A DNA stretch of 64,000 nucleotides from Phycisphaerae bacterium (GTDB taxonomy: Bacteria; Planctomycetota; Phycisphaerae; UBA1845; Fen-1342): NCBI GenBank assembly GCA_050115495.1, contig JASFQK010000014.1:81587-145586 (forward strand). Reading direction: 5' to 3'. The translations under genes were made by a program, and so were the position numbers. Positions 11,225-21,189 of this stretch are shown here, piece by piece. Within the stretch, counting starts at the first letter, position 1. Every line of letters starts with the position of its first letter. The notes under the pieces were generated by a model. The model had not been told where the DNA came from. It searched no databases and worked only from the letters and a program-made list of their open reading frames with translations.

Positions 11225-13213
11225 CTACGGCCGTCGTCGGCGAAGCGTGAGGAACGCGCCGAAACCGATCACGGTGACGCCGTACGTGCTCATCCCGAGG
11301 GGGCCGCACGCACCACAGCTTATCGGAAGCGTCACGCCCCCGTCGGCGTCATCACCGCCGGTGCTGTCGGTCGTGCCATCGGCGTCGTCCTGCGGCAGGC
11401 CGCTGGTGCCGTCGGCATCGTCGTCACCGCCGTCGGCGCCGCCGGTGTCTTCGCACACGTCGCCGATGCCGTCGCCGTCCGAGTCGGTCTGGTCGGCGTT
11501 CTCGATGTACGGGCAATTGTCGTCGCAATCGAGCACGCCGTCGCCGTCGGTGTCGATGTCGGGCGTGCCGCAGCCGCAGTCGCCGGGAGCGGTCTTGCCG
11601 GGATCGTTCGGGCAATCGTCGGCGCTGTCGGGCGTACCGTCGTTGTCGGCGTCGGGCACGAGGCCGGCGTCGCGCGTGTTGTCGGTCGCGTGCGAGGCGA
11701 CGGTGAATATGGCCGTCCGACCGGTGTCGGCGTTTGCATCCGAGTCGAGTCCGTCATCGCCGCCCTGGTCCTGAAGCGTGAGGGCGTACCCGACGGGCGT
11801 AACGAAGCGCAGGTAGTAGTCGCCGGCCACGACGCTTAGGCTGTACGCGCCGCTGTTGTCGGTGGTCGTGTTGCTGATCAGCTCGTCATCGGCGTCGCCG
11901 GCGGTTCCATTGGCACCGGGGTAGTACACGAGCACGAGCGCGTTGGCCACGCCCGTCTCACCGCCGTCCTGGACACCGTCCTCGTCGGTATCGCCGAAGA
12001 CAAGGTCGCCGATCGTGGAGAACACCGCCATACCCGCATCGACGTTCTCCGCATCCTCGCCCGAGGCGACCCAGAACGGGTTTGTCTTGCCGGTGGACGG
12101 CTCGGCGTCGCTGTCGACGGTGTCGTCGCTGCCGCGATCCCGCTGCGTGAGCGAGAGGTTCGACGCGCCCGGCGGCGTGAAGCTCACGTAGTACCGGCCG
12201 GGGACGAGGTTCGTGAAGCTGTACGTCCCGCTGGTGGACTGATCGCCGCCGACCTGCGTTGGCGTGCCGTCGTCGGCCACGCGGTACAACTTCACGGTGG
12301 CGTTGCCCGTGATGTCGCCTTCGCTGTTGTCCTGGAGGCCGTCGCCGTCCTCGTCGTGGAAGACGCGGCCGGAAACGCCGGCGTACTCGTAGAGGCCGGC
12401 GTCACGCTCGGTGTCATCCTCGCCGACGGTCACTTCGAAGCGCGCGGTGCGGCCGGTGCCGGTGTCCACGTCGCTGTCCACAGTCGTGTCGCTGCCCTGG
12501 CTCTGCGCCGTGAAGTGGTAGCCCGTGGGCAGATCGACCTGCACGTAGTAGAAGTCGTGGAGCACGTTCGTGAACGTGTACTTGCCGTCGTCGTCGGTGG
12601 TGGTGACGTCCATCTGCACGTCGTCGCCATCGCCGACCGTGGTGTTCACCGGGTCGATGAGGCGCACGGTCACGTCGGCCAGGCCGGTCTCGCCGGAATC
12701 CTGGATACCGTCGCCATCGTCATCGATGAAGACGAAGTCGCCGATCGACGCCGGCAGCACGAGGCCGCAATCGACTGTGTCGTCGAGTTCGCCGGCGGTC
12801 GCCAGGGTAATCGTGGCGGTGCGGCCGTCGTGGTCGGCGACGCTGTCACCGCCGGTGATGGTGAAGATCCGCCCGGTCGGGGCGGTGAAGATGACGTAGT
12901 AGGTGCCGGTAGCGAGGCCGGAGAAGAGGTACGCGCCGGAGTTGTCGGACGTCGTCGTGCTGATCAGGTTGTCGTCGCCGTTGTAGGCGGTGCCGTCGGC
13001 GCCGCGGTCGTAGAGGCGGATGGTCACGGCGGACACGCCGGTCTCGCCGTCGCCGGGCTCGTAGTTGCCATCGCCGTCGACGTCGTAGAAGACCAGATCG
13101 CCGATGGAGGCCGCCTGGGCGCTCCCGCCGGGAACAAGGAGTAGCGCCACGAGCAACAACACGGTGGCCCAGCTCATGCCCATCCAGCCAGTCGATCGCG
13201 TTCCCTGCTGCAT
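11225..13213 (-). CDS. Surface protein with four SdrD B-like domains, thrombospondin type-3-like repeats and a C-terminal membrane anchor
   Basis: Repeated 'SIGD.VF.D.DGDG.QD.GE.G' ... 'DSD.D..TG.T' ... 'DAGL' units; DxDxDG..D..DNCP repeats; hydrophobic tail plus RRRR. Confidence 0.85.
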   Translation of the reverse strand: MQQGTRSTGWMGMSWATVLLLVALLLVPGGSAQAASIGDLVFYDVDGDGNYEPGDGETGVSAVTIRLYDRGADGTAYNGDDNLISTTTSDNSGAYLFSGLATGTYYVIFTAPTGRIFTITGGDSVADHDGRTATITLATAGELDDTVDCGLVLPASIGDFVFIDDDGDGIQDSGETGLADVTVRLIDPVNTTVGDGDDVQMDVTTTDDDGKYTFTNVLHDFYYVQVDLPTGYHFTAQSQGSDTTVDSDVDTGTGRTARFEVTVGEDDTERDAGLYEYAGVSGRVFHDEDGDGLQDNSEGDITGNATVKLYRVADDGTPTQVGGDQSTSGTYSFTNLVPGRYYVSFTPPGASNLSLTQRDRGSDDTVDSDAEPSTGKTNPFWVASGEDAENVDAGMAVFSTIGDLVFGDTDEDGVQDGGETGVANALVLVYYPGANGTAGDADDELISNTTTDNSGAYSLSVVAGDYYLRFVTPVGYALTLQDQGGDDGLDSDANADTGRTAIFTVASHATDNTRDAGLVPDADNDGTPDSADDCPNDPGKTAPGDCGCGTPDIDTDGDGVLDCDDNCPYIENADQTDSDGDGIGDVCEDTGGADGGDDDADGTSGLPQDDADGTTDSTGGDDADGGVTLPISCGACGPLGMSTYGVTVIGFGAFLTLRRRRP

Positions 13214-13414
13214 TGTTCGTCCCTCGCCAATCCGGGCGCCCGGTGAGGCGATCCGGGTAAGCCACTGCCCGAAGACACTGCCGCCCGCGCCCGCCGAAGC
13301 GCGGACGCGGTCCGCCCGCTGGTGGTTATCGGCACCAGTCGTCGGGTCGGTTTAGCCGTTCGCACGGACTGCGCGGACGATGCCGGGCGAGGCCCGCCTG
13401 CCTACAATCCCCGC

Positions 13415-14215
13415 ATGCCCGAATTGCCCGAAGTCGAGACGATCGTGCGCACGTTCGCCCCCGACGTGGAGGGGCGGCGGATCGTGGGTTTCGCCTCACG
13501 CTGGCCCCGGCAGGCCACGCCCAGCGTCGGGGCCATCCGCCGGGGTGTGGTGGGCAGGACGGTCGTTCGGCTGGCCCGCCGCGGCAAGTTCATCGTGTTT
13601 CATCTGGATCCACCGGGCTATCTGCTGCTGCACCTGCGGATGAGCGGGCGGCTGGAGTGGCAGCCGGCGAAGGGGCGGCCGCCGCGGCATGTCCGAACCA
13701 CGTGGGACCTCGATAACGGCCGGCGGCTGCTGCTCTGTGATGCCCGGAAGTTCGCCCGGCTCACGTACGTCGACGACCTCGCGGCGGCCACGGCGGAATT
13801 GGGGATTGAGCCGCTTGGCCGGCTGTTTACGGCGGCCCGGTTACACCAGCTTCTCGACGGCCGGAACCGCCAGCTCAAAGCCCTGCTGCTAGATCAGTCT
13901 GTCATCGCCGGCCTGGGCAATATCTACACGGATGAGGCCCTGTTCCGGGCAGGGTTGCACCCGCTGGCCCGGGCGGGCGAGGTGACACCGGCCCAGGTCG
14001 CCAGCCTGCACGGGGCCATTCGCGATGTCCTCCGCGAGGCCATCCGCCGACATGGCACGACTATCGATTGGATCTACCCCGGCGGCTGGATGCAGAACCA
14101 CCTGAACGTGTACGGCCGAGCGGGCGAACCCTGCCGCCGATGTGGGACGCCGATCGAGGCCCTCCGCGCCGCCGGCCGGGGGACGCATGTCTGCCCGCGG
14201 TGCCAGCCGCGCTGA
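13415..14215 (+). CDS. mutM: Formamidopyrimidine-DNA glycosylase
   Basis: MPELPEVE N-terminus, RRGK, HLRMSG, GLGNIYTDEALF, C4 zinc finger. Confidence 0.96.
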   Translation: MPELPEVETIVRTFAPDVEGRRIVGFASRWPRQATPSVGAIRRGVVGRTVVRLARRGKFIVFHLDPPGYLLLHLRMSGRLEWQPAKGRPPRHVRTTWDLDNGRRLLLCDARKFARLTYVDDLAAATAELGIEPLGRLFTAARLHQLLDGRNRQLKALLLDQSVIAGLGNIYTDEALFRAGLHPLARAGEVTPAQVASLHGAIRDVLREAIRRHGTTIDWIYPGGWMQNHLNVYGRAGEPCRRCGTPIEALRAAGRGTHVCPRCQPR

Positions 14216-14292
14216 ATCAGCGAACCACGGGGCCACTCCCTCAGTATGACCCGATAGCCAGCCTCCGAGACCGCGGCTATTCTGGACCGCTC

Positions 14293-16191
14293 ATGTGCGG
14301 CATCGCCGGCATTCTGTCGCTCTCGCCCGACGCGCCCGTCGATCCGGACGCGCTGCGCTTCATGGCCGCCCAGATCACGCACCGCGGTCCCGACGATGAG
14401 GGCTACTACGTCGACCCGCAGCGGCGTTGCGGCCTCGCGTTCCGCCGGCTGGCCATCATCGATCTCGACACCGGCAACCAGCCGCTGGCGAACGAGGATC
14501 GCACGATCTGGTCGGTCTTCAACGGCGAGATCTACAACTTCCGCGGGCTGCGTGAAGAGCTCAGCGAGCAGGGCCACCGACTGGCCACCCGTACGGATGG
14601 CGAAGTGCTGGTGCACCTGTACGAACGCGACCCGGCCCGAGTCTGCGAGCAACTGGCCGGCATGTTCGCGATCGCCATCTGGGACCAGACGCGCGGCCGG
14701 CTCCTGCTCGCCCGCGATCGGCTGGGCAAGAAGCCGCTCGTCTACGCCATCGCCGACCGGCGGCTCTACTTCGCCAGCGAGGCCAAAGCGATTCTGGCGG
14801 TGCCGGGCATCTCCCCGCGGCTCGATCCGCAGTCGCTGCACCGCTACCTGCTGTACCAGTACGTTCCCGCGCCGCATTCGATCTACGTCGACTTTCACAA
14901 GCTGCCGCCCGGGACGTGCCTTCAGCTCGACGCCGACCGCCCGTGCGATTCGATCCCGGTCCCCTACTGGCGCGTTCCCCAACCGCCCCCCTTCGCCGGC
15001 ACGTACGAAGACGCCAAGCAGCAGCTCGGCGAACTGCTCACGCGGGCCGTCGAGAAACGCCTCATCGCCGACGTGCCGCTGGGTGCCTTTCTCTCCGGCG
15101 GCGTGGATTCGTCGATCGTTGTGGCCCTGATGCGGCGGCTGGGCGTGTCGCCCTTGCGGACGTTCTCCATCGGCTTCCCGGATCGGCGATACGACGAAAC
15201 CGCTCACGCCCGCCAAGTCGCCGAGCGTTTTCAGACCGAGCATCACGAGCACGTCGTCACGCCACAGGCCCGCGAGATCCTCGATACGCTCGCGTGGCAC
15301 TACGATGAACCCTTCGCCGACTCGTCCGCGATTCCGACGTACTACCTGTCGCGGTGGACGCGTGAATCGGTCACGGTTGCGCTCACGGGCGACGCCGGCG
15401 ATGAGTGCTTCGCGGGGTATGACCGCTATCGCGCCGTCCAGTTGGCGGCGCGGCTCGACGTGCTGCCGCGAGGGTTGCGGCGCGGGCTCGTTCGGGCGGC
15501 GGCGTGGCTGCCACACGGCCGGCCGAAGACGCTCGGCCGGCGGCTGTACCGGTTCCTGACGGCGATGGGCGAGCCGGCCGCGCGCCGCTATCTCGCGTGG
15601 ATCAACATCTTCACACCCGAGATGCTCGCCGCCGGCTATCACCCCGATTTCGCCCGGCAGATCGATTTCGACGAGCCGATCGCGTGGTTCGAGAACCTGT
15701 ACGAGGCCGCTCCCGGGCCGCCGGCGAATCAGGCCGTGCACGTCGATTTCCACAGCTATCTGCCGTACGACCTGCTCACGAAGGTGGACATTGCGTCGAT
15801 GGCCTGTGGCCTGGAATGCCGCTGCCCGTTGCTCGACCACGAGGTCGTCGAGTTTGCCCTGTCGCTGCCGCTGGAATGGCGGCTCGGCCCCGGCGGCGGC
15901 AAACGGATCCTCAAGGACTGGGCGGCCGACCTGCTCCCGCCGGAGATCCTGAATCGGCCGAAGATGGGATTTGGCGTGCCGATCGGGGAGTGGTTCCGCG
16001 GGGAGCTGCGCGATCTGGTCGAGGAGACGATCCTCGGGCCGCATGCCCTGGCCCGGCGGGTGTTCCGGGGGGAGTGGTTGGAGGGGTTGGCGGCGGCGCA
16101 CTTATCGGGCCAAGCGAACCATGAACATGCTCTTTGGGCCCTGCTGATGCTCGAATTGTGGGCCCGACGGTGGCGGCCGGCGGGGGTGTAA
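14293..16191 (+). CDS. asnB: Asparagine synthase (glutamine-hydrolysing) family amidotransferase
   Basis: MCGIAG, HRGPD, FNGEIYNF, FLSGGVDSS, EPFADSS, RPKMGF. Confidence 0.93.
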   Translation: MCGIAGILSLSPDAPVDPDALRFMAAQITHRGPDDEGYYVDPQRRCGLAFRRLAIIDLDTGNQPLANEDRTIWSVFNGEIYNFRGLREELSEQGHRLATRTDGEVLVHLYERDPARVCEQLAGMFAIAIWDQTRGRLLLARDRLGKKPLVYAIADRRLYFASEAKAILAVPGISPRLDPQSLHRYLLYQYVPAPHSIYVDFHKLPPGTCLQLDADRPCDSIPVPYWRVPQPPPFAGTYEDAKQQLGELLTRAVEKRLIADVPLGAFLSGGVDSSIVVALMRRLGVSPLRTFSIGFPDRRYDETAHARQVAERFQTEHHEHVVTPQAREILDTLAWHYDEPFADSSAIPTYYLSRWTRESVTVALTGDAGDECFAGYDRYRAVQLAARLDVLPRGLRRGLVRAAAWLPHGRPKTLGRRLYRFLTAMGEPAARRYLAWINIFTPEMLAAGYHPDFARQIDFDEPIAWFENLYEAAPGPPANQAVHVDFHSYLPYDLLTKVDIASMACGLECRCPLLDHEVVEFALSLPLEWRLGPGGGKRILKDWAADLLPPEILNRPKMGFGVPIGEWFRGELRDLVEETILGPHALARRVFRGEWLEGLAAAHLSGQANHEHALWALLMLELWARRWRPAGV

Positions 16192-16194
16192 GAG

Positions 16195-16400
16195 CCCCGG
16201 TGTGCCACTGCTCTTGAGCAGTGCTTCTGGTCTGCTGGGGAAACGTGCGTTTGTCGGGAGTCCACGTCGGCCACGGGGGGCCGACGCTACGGGGATGGCG
16301 AGGTCAGGCGGGGGTTGGCGGACAACGTCCGACACGGAGGTCGGACGCTACGGCGTGCCGTCGGACATGCCGGCGCCTTCGGCTTCGGCATGCCACGCTT
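16195..16400. repeat. Mosaic cluster of REP-like palindromes
   Basis: Inverted copy of the 3413 unit (16200-16224); CGTCGGCCACGGGGGGCCGACGCTAC (16265-16290); inverted variant of the 3341 unit (16365-16396). Confidence 0.8.
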
Positions 16401-16482
16401 GCGCGGTCTCCAGTCGCCCTACCGTGCGATCCGATGAAGGATATGGGAAGTCCCCTAGCCGGGATGTCCCCAGCGATTTGCT

Positions 16483-16875
16483 ATGCTGATTGACCAGAGC
16501 GAAATTGACGCCCTACTCTCCCAGGCGGACGACCTGGCCACCGAGGCCGCGCTCGTTGCGCCACCCCCACCGCCGCCCCCCAAGCGGACGCGCGAGCTGT
16601 ACGTCCCCAACGATCCCGAGGTCAAGCGACTTCTGCGCATCCGGGTGCCGGTGATCGTGCGGCTGGCGAATCGGGCGATGGCGGTGCGGGCCGTCCGCCG
16701 GCTGGCCCCCGGCTCTATCATCGAGTTCGAGAAGAGCGTGGACCGCCCGCTCGATCTGCTGATCAACAACCGGCCCATCGGGGGCGGCGTGTGCGTCAAG
16801 ATTGGCGAGCACTTCGGCCTGCGCCTGACGCAGGTCGAGGACCGGGTGAAGCGCATCCAGTCGATGGGCGCCTGA
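16483..16875 (+). CDS. FliM/FliN family (SpoA domain) flagellar switch-like protein
   Basis: N-terminal 'DQSEIDALL'; 'LAPGSIIEFEKSVDRPLDLLINNRPIGGG..VKIGEHFGLRL'. Confidence 0.85.
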   Translation: MLIDQSEIDALLSQADDLATEAALVAPPPPPPPKRTRELYVPNDPEVKRLLRIRVPVIVRLANRAMAVRAVRRLAPGSIIEFEKSVDRPLDLLINNRPIGGGVCVKIGEHFGLRLTQVEDRVKRIQSMGA

Positions 16876-18558
16876 TCAATCCCCGCCGGAATCGCCTCTT
16901 CCGCCCCGAATCCTCTCACGCATTCGACCGAGTAGCAGCCCGATTTCCTCCAATCCCAGCAGCTTTGCGGCGAGCAGGTATACGCCGCTGCCGACGCTGA
17001 GCAGGCCGAGCGTCTCGACGGCTCGCGACGGCAACGTCCAGGGAATGGCCGACACGAGCGGCGCCACCACAGGGCGCAGCGCAGCGAGCGCCGCCACCGT
17101 CACGCCGGCCGCGATGAGCATGCGAGTGAGTGCGGCGAGTGTGGACCGGTCCAGCAGCTTCACCGGGGCACGGCGTCTGAGCAGGACCAGCCCGACGACG
17201 ACCGACAGGCTGAACGTGATCGCCGAGCTGATCGCGAAGGCGGCCTCGCGAATTCCGTCGAACCAAACCATCGTCAGCGTCAGGACGACGTTGAGCGGCA
17301 GCACGGCGGCGCTGATCTTCAGCGGCGTCCACACGTCGCCCAGGCTGTAGTACCCCCGGAGCACGATGTGCTGCGCGCAGTACGCCCACATCGCCACGCC
17401 GTAGAAGATGAGCACGTACGCCGCCCGCGCCGTGTGCGCGGGCGTGAACCGGCGGTATTCGAACAGCAGGCGGATGATCGGCTCGGCCAGGATCATCATC
17501 ACCGCCCCGGTGAGCAGCCCCTCAAAGATCGCCAATCGCAGCGTGCGACGGACCTCGGCCGACCAGGCGGGCCAGTTACCGCGAGCGGCCTGTCGGCTGA
17601 ACGCGGGCATCGCCGCCGTTGCCAGTGAAATGACGAGCACGCCGAGCGGAAACTGGTAGAGCCGCTGGGCGTACGTGACGGCGGAGAGGGCCCCTTCTTC
17701 GAGCGGATAGGCGACGGCGCCGCCGAGCCAGCCGATGCGTTCGGGCGCGCCGGCTTCGTGCGTGAGCAGGATGCAGATCTGGGCGTCGAGATACACGCCG
17801 AAGGCGAGCACACCCTGGCCGAGGGCGACGGGCACGAGCAGGCGAAGCATGCGTTTGACGGCGGGATCGGAAGGCTCCCACCGCCAGCCGAGCTTCACGC
17901 CACAAGAGCGCAACACGGGCCGGAGGAAGAGAATCTGCAACACGCCGGCGACGACCACCGAGACGGCGATGACGTACACCTGCTTCGCGGGCTGAGCTGG
18001 GTAGAGTCCCGGTCCGACGCCGGCGATGGCGGCGATCATCGCGATGTTAAGCAGGATCGGCGCCAGGGCCGCCGGCACGAAGCTCCCCACGCAGTTGAGA
18101 ATCGCCGACAGCAGGGCCACGACACAGATGGTCAGCATGAACGGCAGCATGAGGGCCGTCAGCGACAGCAGGAGTCGACGGGCGGCGGCCTGCTCGGGAT
18201 CGTCGGGGCCGAGGATCCAGACGAGGAGGATCACGGCCTCGATGACCAGGACGATGACGGTGAGGGTTACGGACAGGAGGGCCAGCGTGCGGGCCAGCAG
18301 CCGCCAGGCGGGCTCGTGTCCGTCACGTTCGAGGCACTGCGTGAACGACGGCACAAACACCGCGGCCATCGCCCCCTCGCCCAGCAACCGGCGGAACAGG
18401 TTCGGGATCTGAAACGCGTAGACGAACGCATCCTGAACCCAGCGCAGACCGAACGCCTGCGCGAGCAGAACGTCGCGGACAAGTCCGGTAATGCGAGAAA
18501 GCAGGGTACAGATGGCGATGAGCTTCGCCGACCCGACGACGCTGCGCTGCTCGGACAT
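16876..18558 (-). CDS. murJ: Lipid II flippase MurJ
   Basis: LLSRITGLVRD, AFQIPNLFRRLLGEGA, YAQRLYQFPLGV. Confidence 0.93.
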   Translation of the reverse strand: MSEQRSVVGSAKLIAICTLLSRITGLVRDVLLAQAFGLRWVQDAFVYAFQIPNLFRRLLGEGAMAAVFVPSFTQCLERDGHEPAWRLLARTLALLSVTLTVIVLVIEAVILLVWILGPDDPEQAAARRLLLSLTALMLPFMLTICVVALLSAILNCVGSFVPAALAPILLNIAMIAAIAGVGPGLYPAQPAKQVYVIAVSVVVAGVLQILFLRPVLRSCGVKLGWRWEPSDPAVKRMLRLLVPVALGQGVLAFGVYLDAQICILLTHEAGAPERIGWLGGAVAYPLEEGALSAVTYAQRLYQFPLGVLVISLATAAMPAFSRQAARGNWPAWSAEVRRTLRLAIFEGLLTGAVMMILAEPIIRLLFEYRRFTPAHTARAAYVLIFYGVAMWAYCAQHIVLRGYYSLGDVWTPLKISAAVLPLNVVLTLTMVWFDGIREAAFAISSAITFSLSVVVGLVLLRRRAPVKLLDRSTLAALTRMLIAAGVTVAALAALRPVVAPLVSAIPWTLPSRAVETLGLLSVGSGVYLLAAKLLGLEEIGLLLGRMRERIRGGRGDSGGD

Positions 18559-18709
18559 GGGGAGGATGATATCCCTGCCGGCGGCGGCTGACTATGCGGG
18601 CGATGGGAGCGCAAGAACGACCCGGCAGGCCCCAGTGCGAGGCACGCCGGGTCGTCCGATAAGCAGCACCCGCCTAGCCCCCACGGCTGTGCGAGTGTCC
18701 CCTCGTTCC

Positions 18710-18958
18710 CTACGCGAAGATCTGCGGGAGTTGCTCCAACACCGCCTTGACAACGGTGCCCGTGTCCTCAGTGGCGTCGTTCAGCAATCCCTGGAAAAAC
18801 GCTCCAATGAACGTCGAGGCGAGCGACGTCGCCGCATCGCCCACGCCCGTGAGCACACTTTCGCGGACGTCCGGATCACAGCCGGTCAGGACGAACGTCG
18901 TACCCCCGGTCACCAGGCCAAGCCACCACAGGCGGCAGCGGGTCAATGTCGCACGCAT
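18710..18958 (-). CDS. Small putative lipoprotein
   Basis: AAGGAG RBS; signal ending LTGC. Confidence 0.6.
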   Translation of the reverse strand: MRATLTRCRLWWLGLVTGGTTFVLTGCDPDVRESVLTGVGDAATSLASTFIGAFFQGLLNDATEDTGTVVKAVLEQLPQIFA

Positions 18959-19106
18959 CGGGTTCTCCTTGGACTCCTGTTCCGGTGACCGCCGCGCCAG
19001 GGCGTGCCGCCGGCGAAAAACGTCTCTGCCATTTATCATCGGACGTAGACCGGTCCGAGTTCATCAGGACTCGGGACCTTCCCCGCCGACGGCCCCCGCG
19101 GGGCGG

Positions 19107-20303
19107 CTACTTATTGCCCCCTTCGTCCTTTCTGGAGCCGCTCTCGGCGGCCTCACGCTGCGACCGCGTGGGCAGCTTCTCGAGGCGGGGCTTGAGCTGG
19201 CGTTCGAAGATCAGGCCGATCGGGCTGAGGAGCTTCTCCCGGGCCTCACGGAGCTTGGCAACTTCCTGCTTCTGGGCGTCGTCGGTGGGGTTCTTCAGCT
19301 CTGCCAGCCGCTGGTCCATGCGCTCGATCTGTTTCTGCCGGCTGCGCATGTAGCGGGCGGCCTGGTTCTGGCAGCTCTTCAGGATCTTGTTCGCCTGGTT
19401 CTGCTGATCCTCGTTGAGCTGGTACTTCTCGATGAACTTGCGGACATACGCCTCCCATTCGCTTTCGAAGTTGGTCTGCCCCGCCGGAGTCTTCGACGGG
19501 CGGCGCTCGACCTTCCGCCCCCGCGGGTCCGCGGGGGTTTTCGTCTCCGGCGTGCGGCGTGGCGTTGGCTGCACGTTGGCCGGCTGTTGGGTGGCCCGGC
19601 GCTCCGCGGTCATCGGCGGCGTGCGGTGAACGTCCGTGGGCACGACCGAGCGGCGCGGCTGGACTTGCGCCCGCTTGGCGGGCGTGACGGCCTGCGGCGC
19701 GGCCTGTACCACGATCGGTTCCGCGGTTCGCACGCGAGCTTCACGCTGCCGGGCGGCCCGGTACCGGTACGGATTGCGGAACTCGTCCACCGTCATCTGG
19801 CCGGTGATCACCCGCTGAAGCTGGTCCTCCGTCGTCGCGAAGCTCTCGTTCATGAGGCGGAGGTCCTCGTCGTGGATGATCCGCTGATCGTCGGTGAGGA
19901 TGTTGCGCCACTCCGAGTTCGCGTCGACGATGATGATCTTCGCTTCCTGGTACAGCGGCATTACTTCACGGCCCCAGGCGACCAGCTCTTCCGCCGAGAT
20001 CTCCGCCGCCCCGCTGCGAACCTCGAAGAGGCGGTCGACGACGTCGGCCAGCTCATCGTGATGGCTGTCGAGGAAAGCGTCGACGCGGTCGCGGACGAAC
20101 TGCTCGGTATAGGCGCGCTGCTCGTCGGAGAGGTCGTACTTGCGGGCCAGGACGCGGAGGTAGTTGTCCATCAGCGCGTCGACGTTCAGCATGGTGCTGA
20201 ACGGCCGGCGTTGTCGCTGGCTGTCCTGGGCGAGGGCAGACCCGGCGCAGACGGCCAGGGTCAGCAATACGACCGCCGAGCGAGTAAACGTCCGAGAAGC
20301 CAT
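19107..20303 (-). CDS. Secreted helical hypothetical protein with Pro/Thr-rich linker
   Basis: Signal peptide ending ALA; two 'KY.L..[ED]Q' helical modules. Confidence 0.7.
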   Translation of the reverse strand: MASRTFTRSAVVLLTLAVCAGSALAQDSQRQRRPFSTMLNVDALMDNYLRVLARKYDLSDEQRAYTEQFVRDRVDAFLDSHHDELADVVDRLFEVRSGAAEISAEELVAWGREVMPLYQEAKIIIVDANSEWRNILTDDQRIIHDEDLRLMNESFATTEDQLQRVITGQMTVDEFRNPYRYRAARQREARVRTAEPIVVQAAPQAVTPAKRAQVQPRRSVVPTDVHRTPPMTAERRATQQPANVQPTPRRTPETKTPADPRGRKVERRPSKTPAGQTNFESEWEAYVRKFIEKYQLNEDQQNQANKILKSCQNQAARYMRSRQKQIERMDQRLAELKNPTDDAQKQEVAKLREAREKLLSPIGLIFERQLKPRLEKLPTRSQREAAESGSRKDEGGNK

Positions 20304-20434
20304 GGCAACGCTCCCAGCACGAACCACATGGACCCGCCGCTCATTGAGCGGCCTGACACCCAGAAGTATTATACTTCTTTTCGGCCATCCGGTTGCGAGC
20401 GGTTTGGCCGGCCCGCCCCAGCCCCGGAGTGAGC

Positions 20435-21091
20435 ATGAGTCTGCCGGCGCAGCCGCCGCCTGCCTGTATCTTCGACCTCGACGGGACGCTTGTCGACTCT
20501 TTGCCCGACATCGCCGGCGCTCTGAACGATTGTCTCGACCTGCTGGGGCTGTCGGTTCGGCCGGTCGAGGATTATCGGTACATGGTCGGCGAGGGGATCC
20601 CGATGCTTTGCCGGCGGGCCATTGGGGGGACGCACCCGCACCTCGTCAATCGGCTTGCTGAGCTGGCCCGTGCGCGGTACCGGATCCGCCCGCTCGGGAA
20701 TACCAAGCCCTATCCCGGTGTGACGGAGATGCTCGATCGGCTGCGGTCCGGCGGAACGCGGCTGGCCGTCCTGTCCAACAAACCCCACGAGCTGACGACC
20801 CGGATCGTCCGCACCCTCTGGCCCGACGACCGCTTCGCCTGCATCCAGGGCTACGTCGAGGAGCACCTCCGCAAGCCCAATCCCCACCACGTCCTGGAGA
20901 TCTGCGAAAACCTGGGCGTTCCGCCGGCGGACACTTGGTTGGTCGGCGATACGCCCACGGACGTGGAGACTGCGGTGCGAGCCGGGGCCCACTGCCTCGG
21001 CGTGACTTGGGGATTCCGCACACGAGCCGATCTCGAAGCCGGCGGCGCCACGCACATCGTCGACCGGCCGGACGAGGTCGTCCCGGGCTGA
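20435..21091 (+). CDS. HAD family hydrolase (phosphoglycolate phosphatase-like)
   Basis: IFDLDGTLVDS, VLSNKP, KPNP, VGDTPTD. Confidence 0.9.
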   Translation: MSLPAQPPPACIFDLDGTLVDSLPDIAGALNDCLDLLGLSVRPVEDYRYMVGEGIPMLCRRAIGGTHPHLVNRLAELARARYRIRPLGNTKPYPGVTEMLDRLRSGGTRLAVLSNKPHELTTRIVRTLWPDDRFACIQGYVEEHLRKPNPHHVLEICENLGVPPADTWLVGDTPTDVETAVRAGAHCLGVTWGFRTRADLEAGGATHIVDRPDEVVPG

Positions 21092-21189
21092 AGCGGCGGG
21101 AGAGCTTCCGCGAGGCGGCGGCTCGTGGTACGCTGTCGAATCTGGCGCCGCTTGGCGCCCAACCACGGAACCCACCTTGGGAATCACGT

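Noticed and set aside
14074..16101. Long antisense ORFs (14074-16101, 18747-20432, 25051-26637, 41853-43661 and others)
   Set aside because: Shadow frames of real genes in high-GC DNA, with no motifs.
16483..16875. Flagellar or type III secretion locus
   Set aside because: A single orphan SpoA-domain gene with no other apparatus genes in the window.
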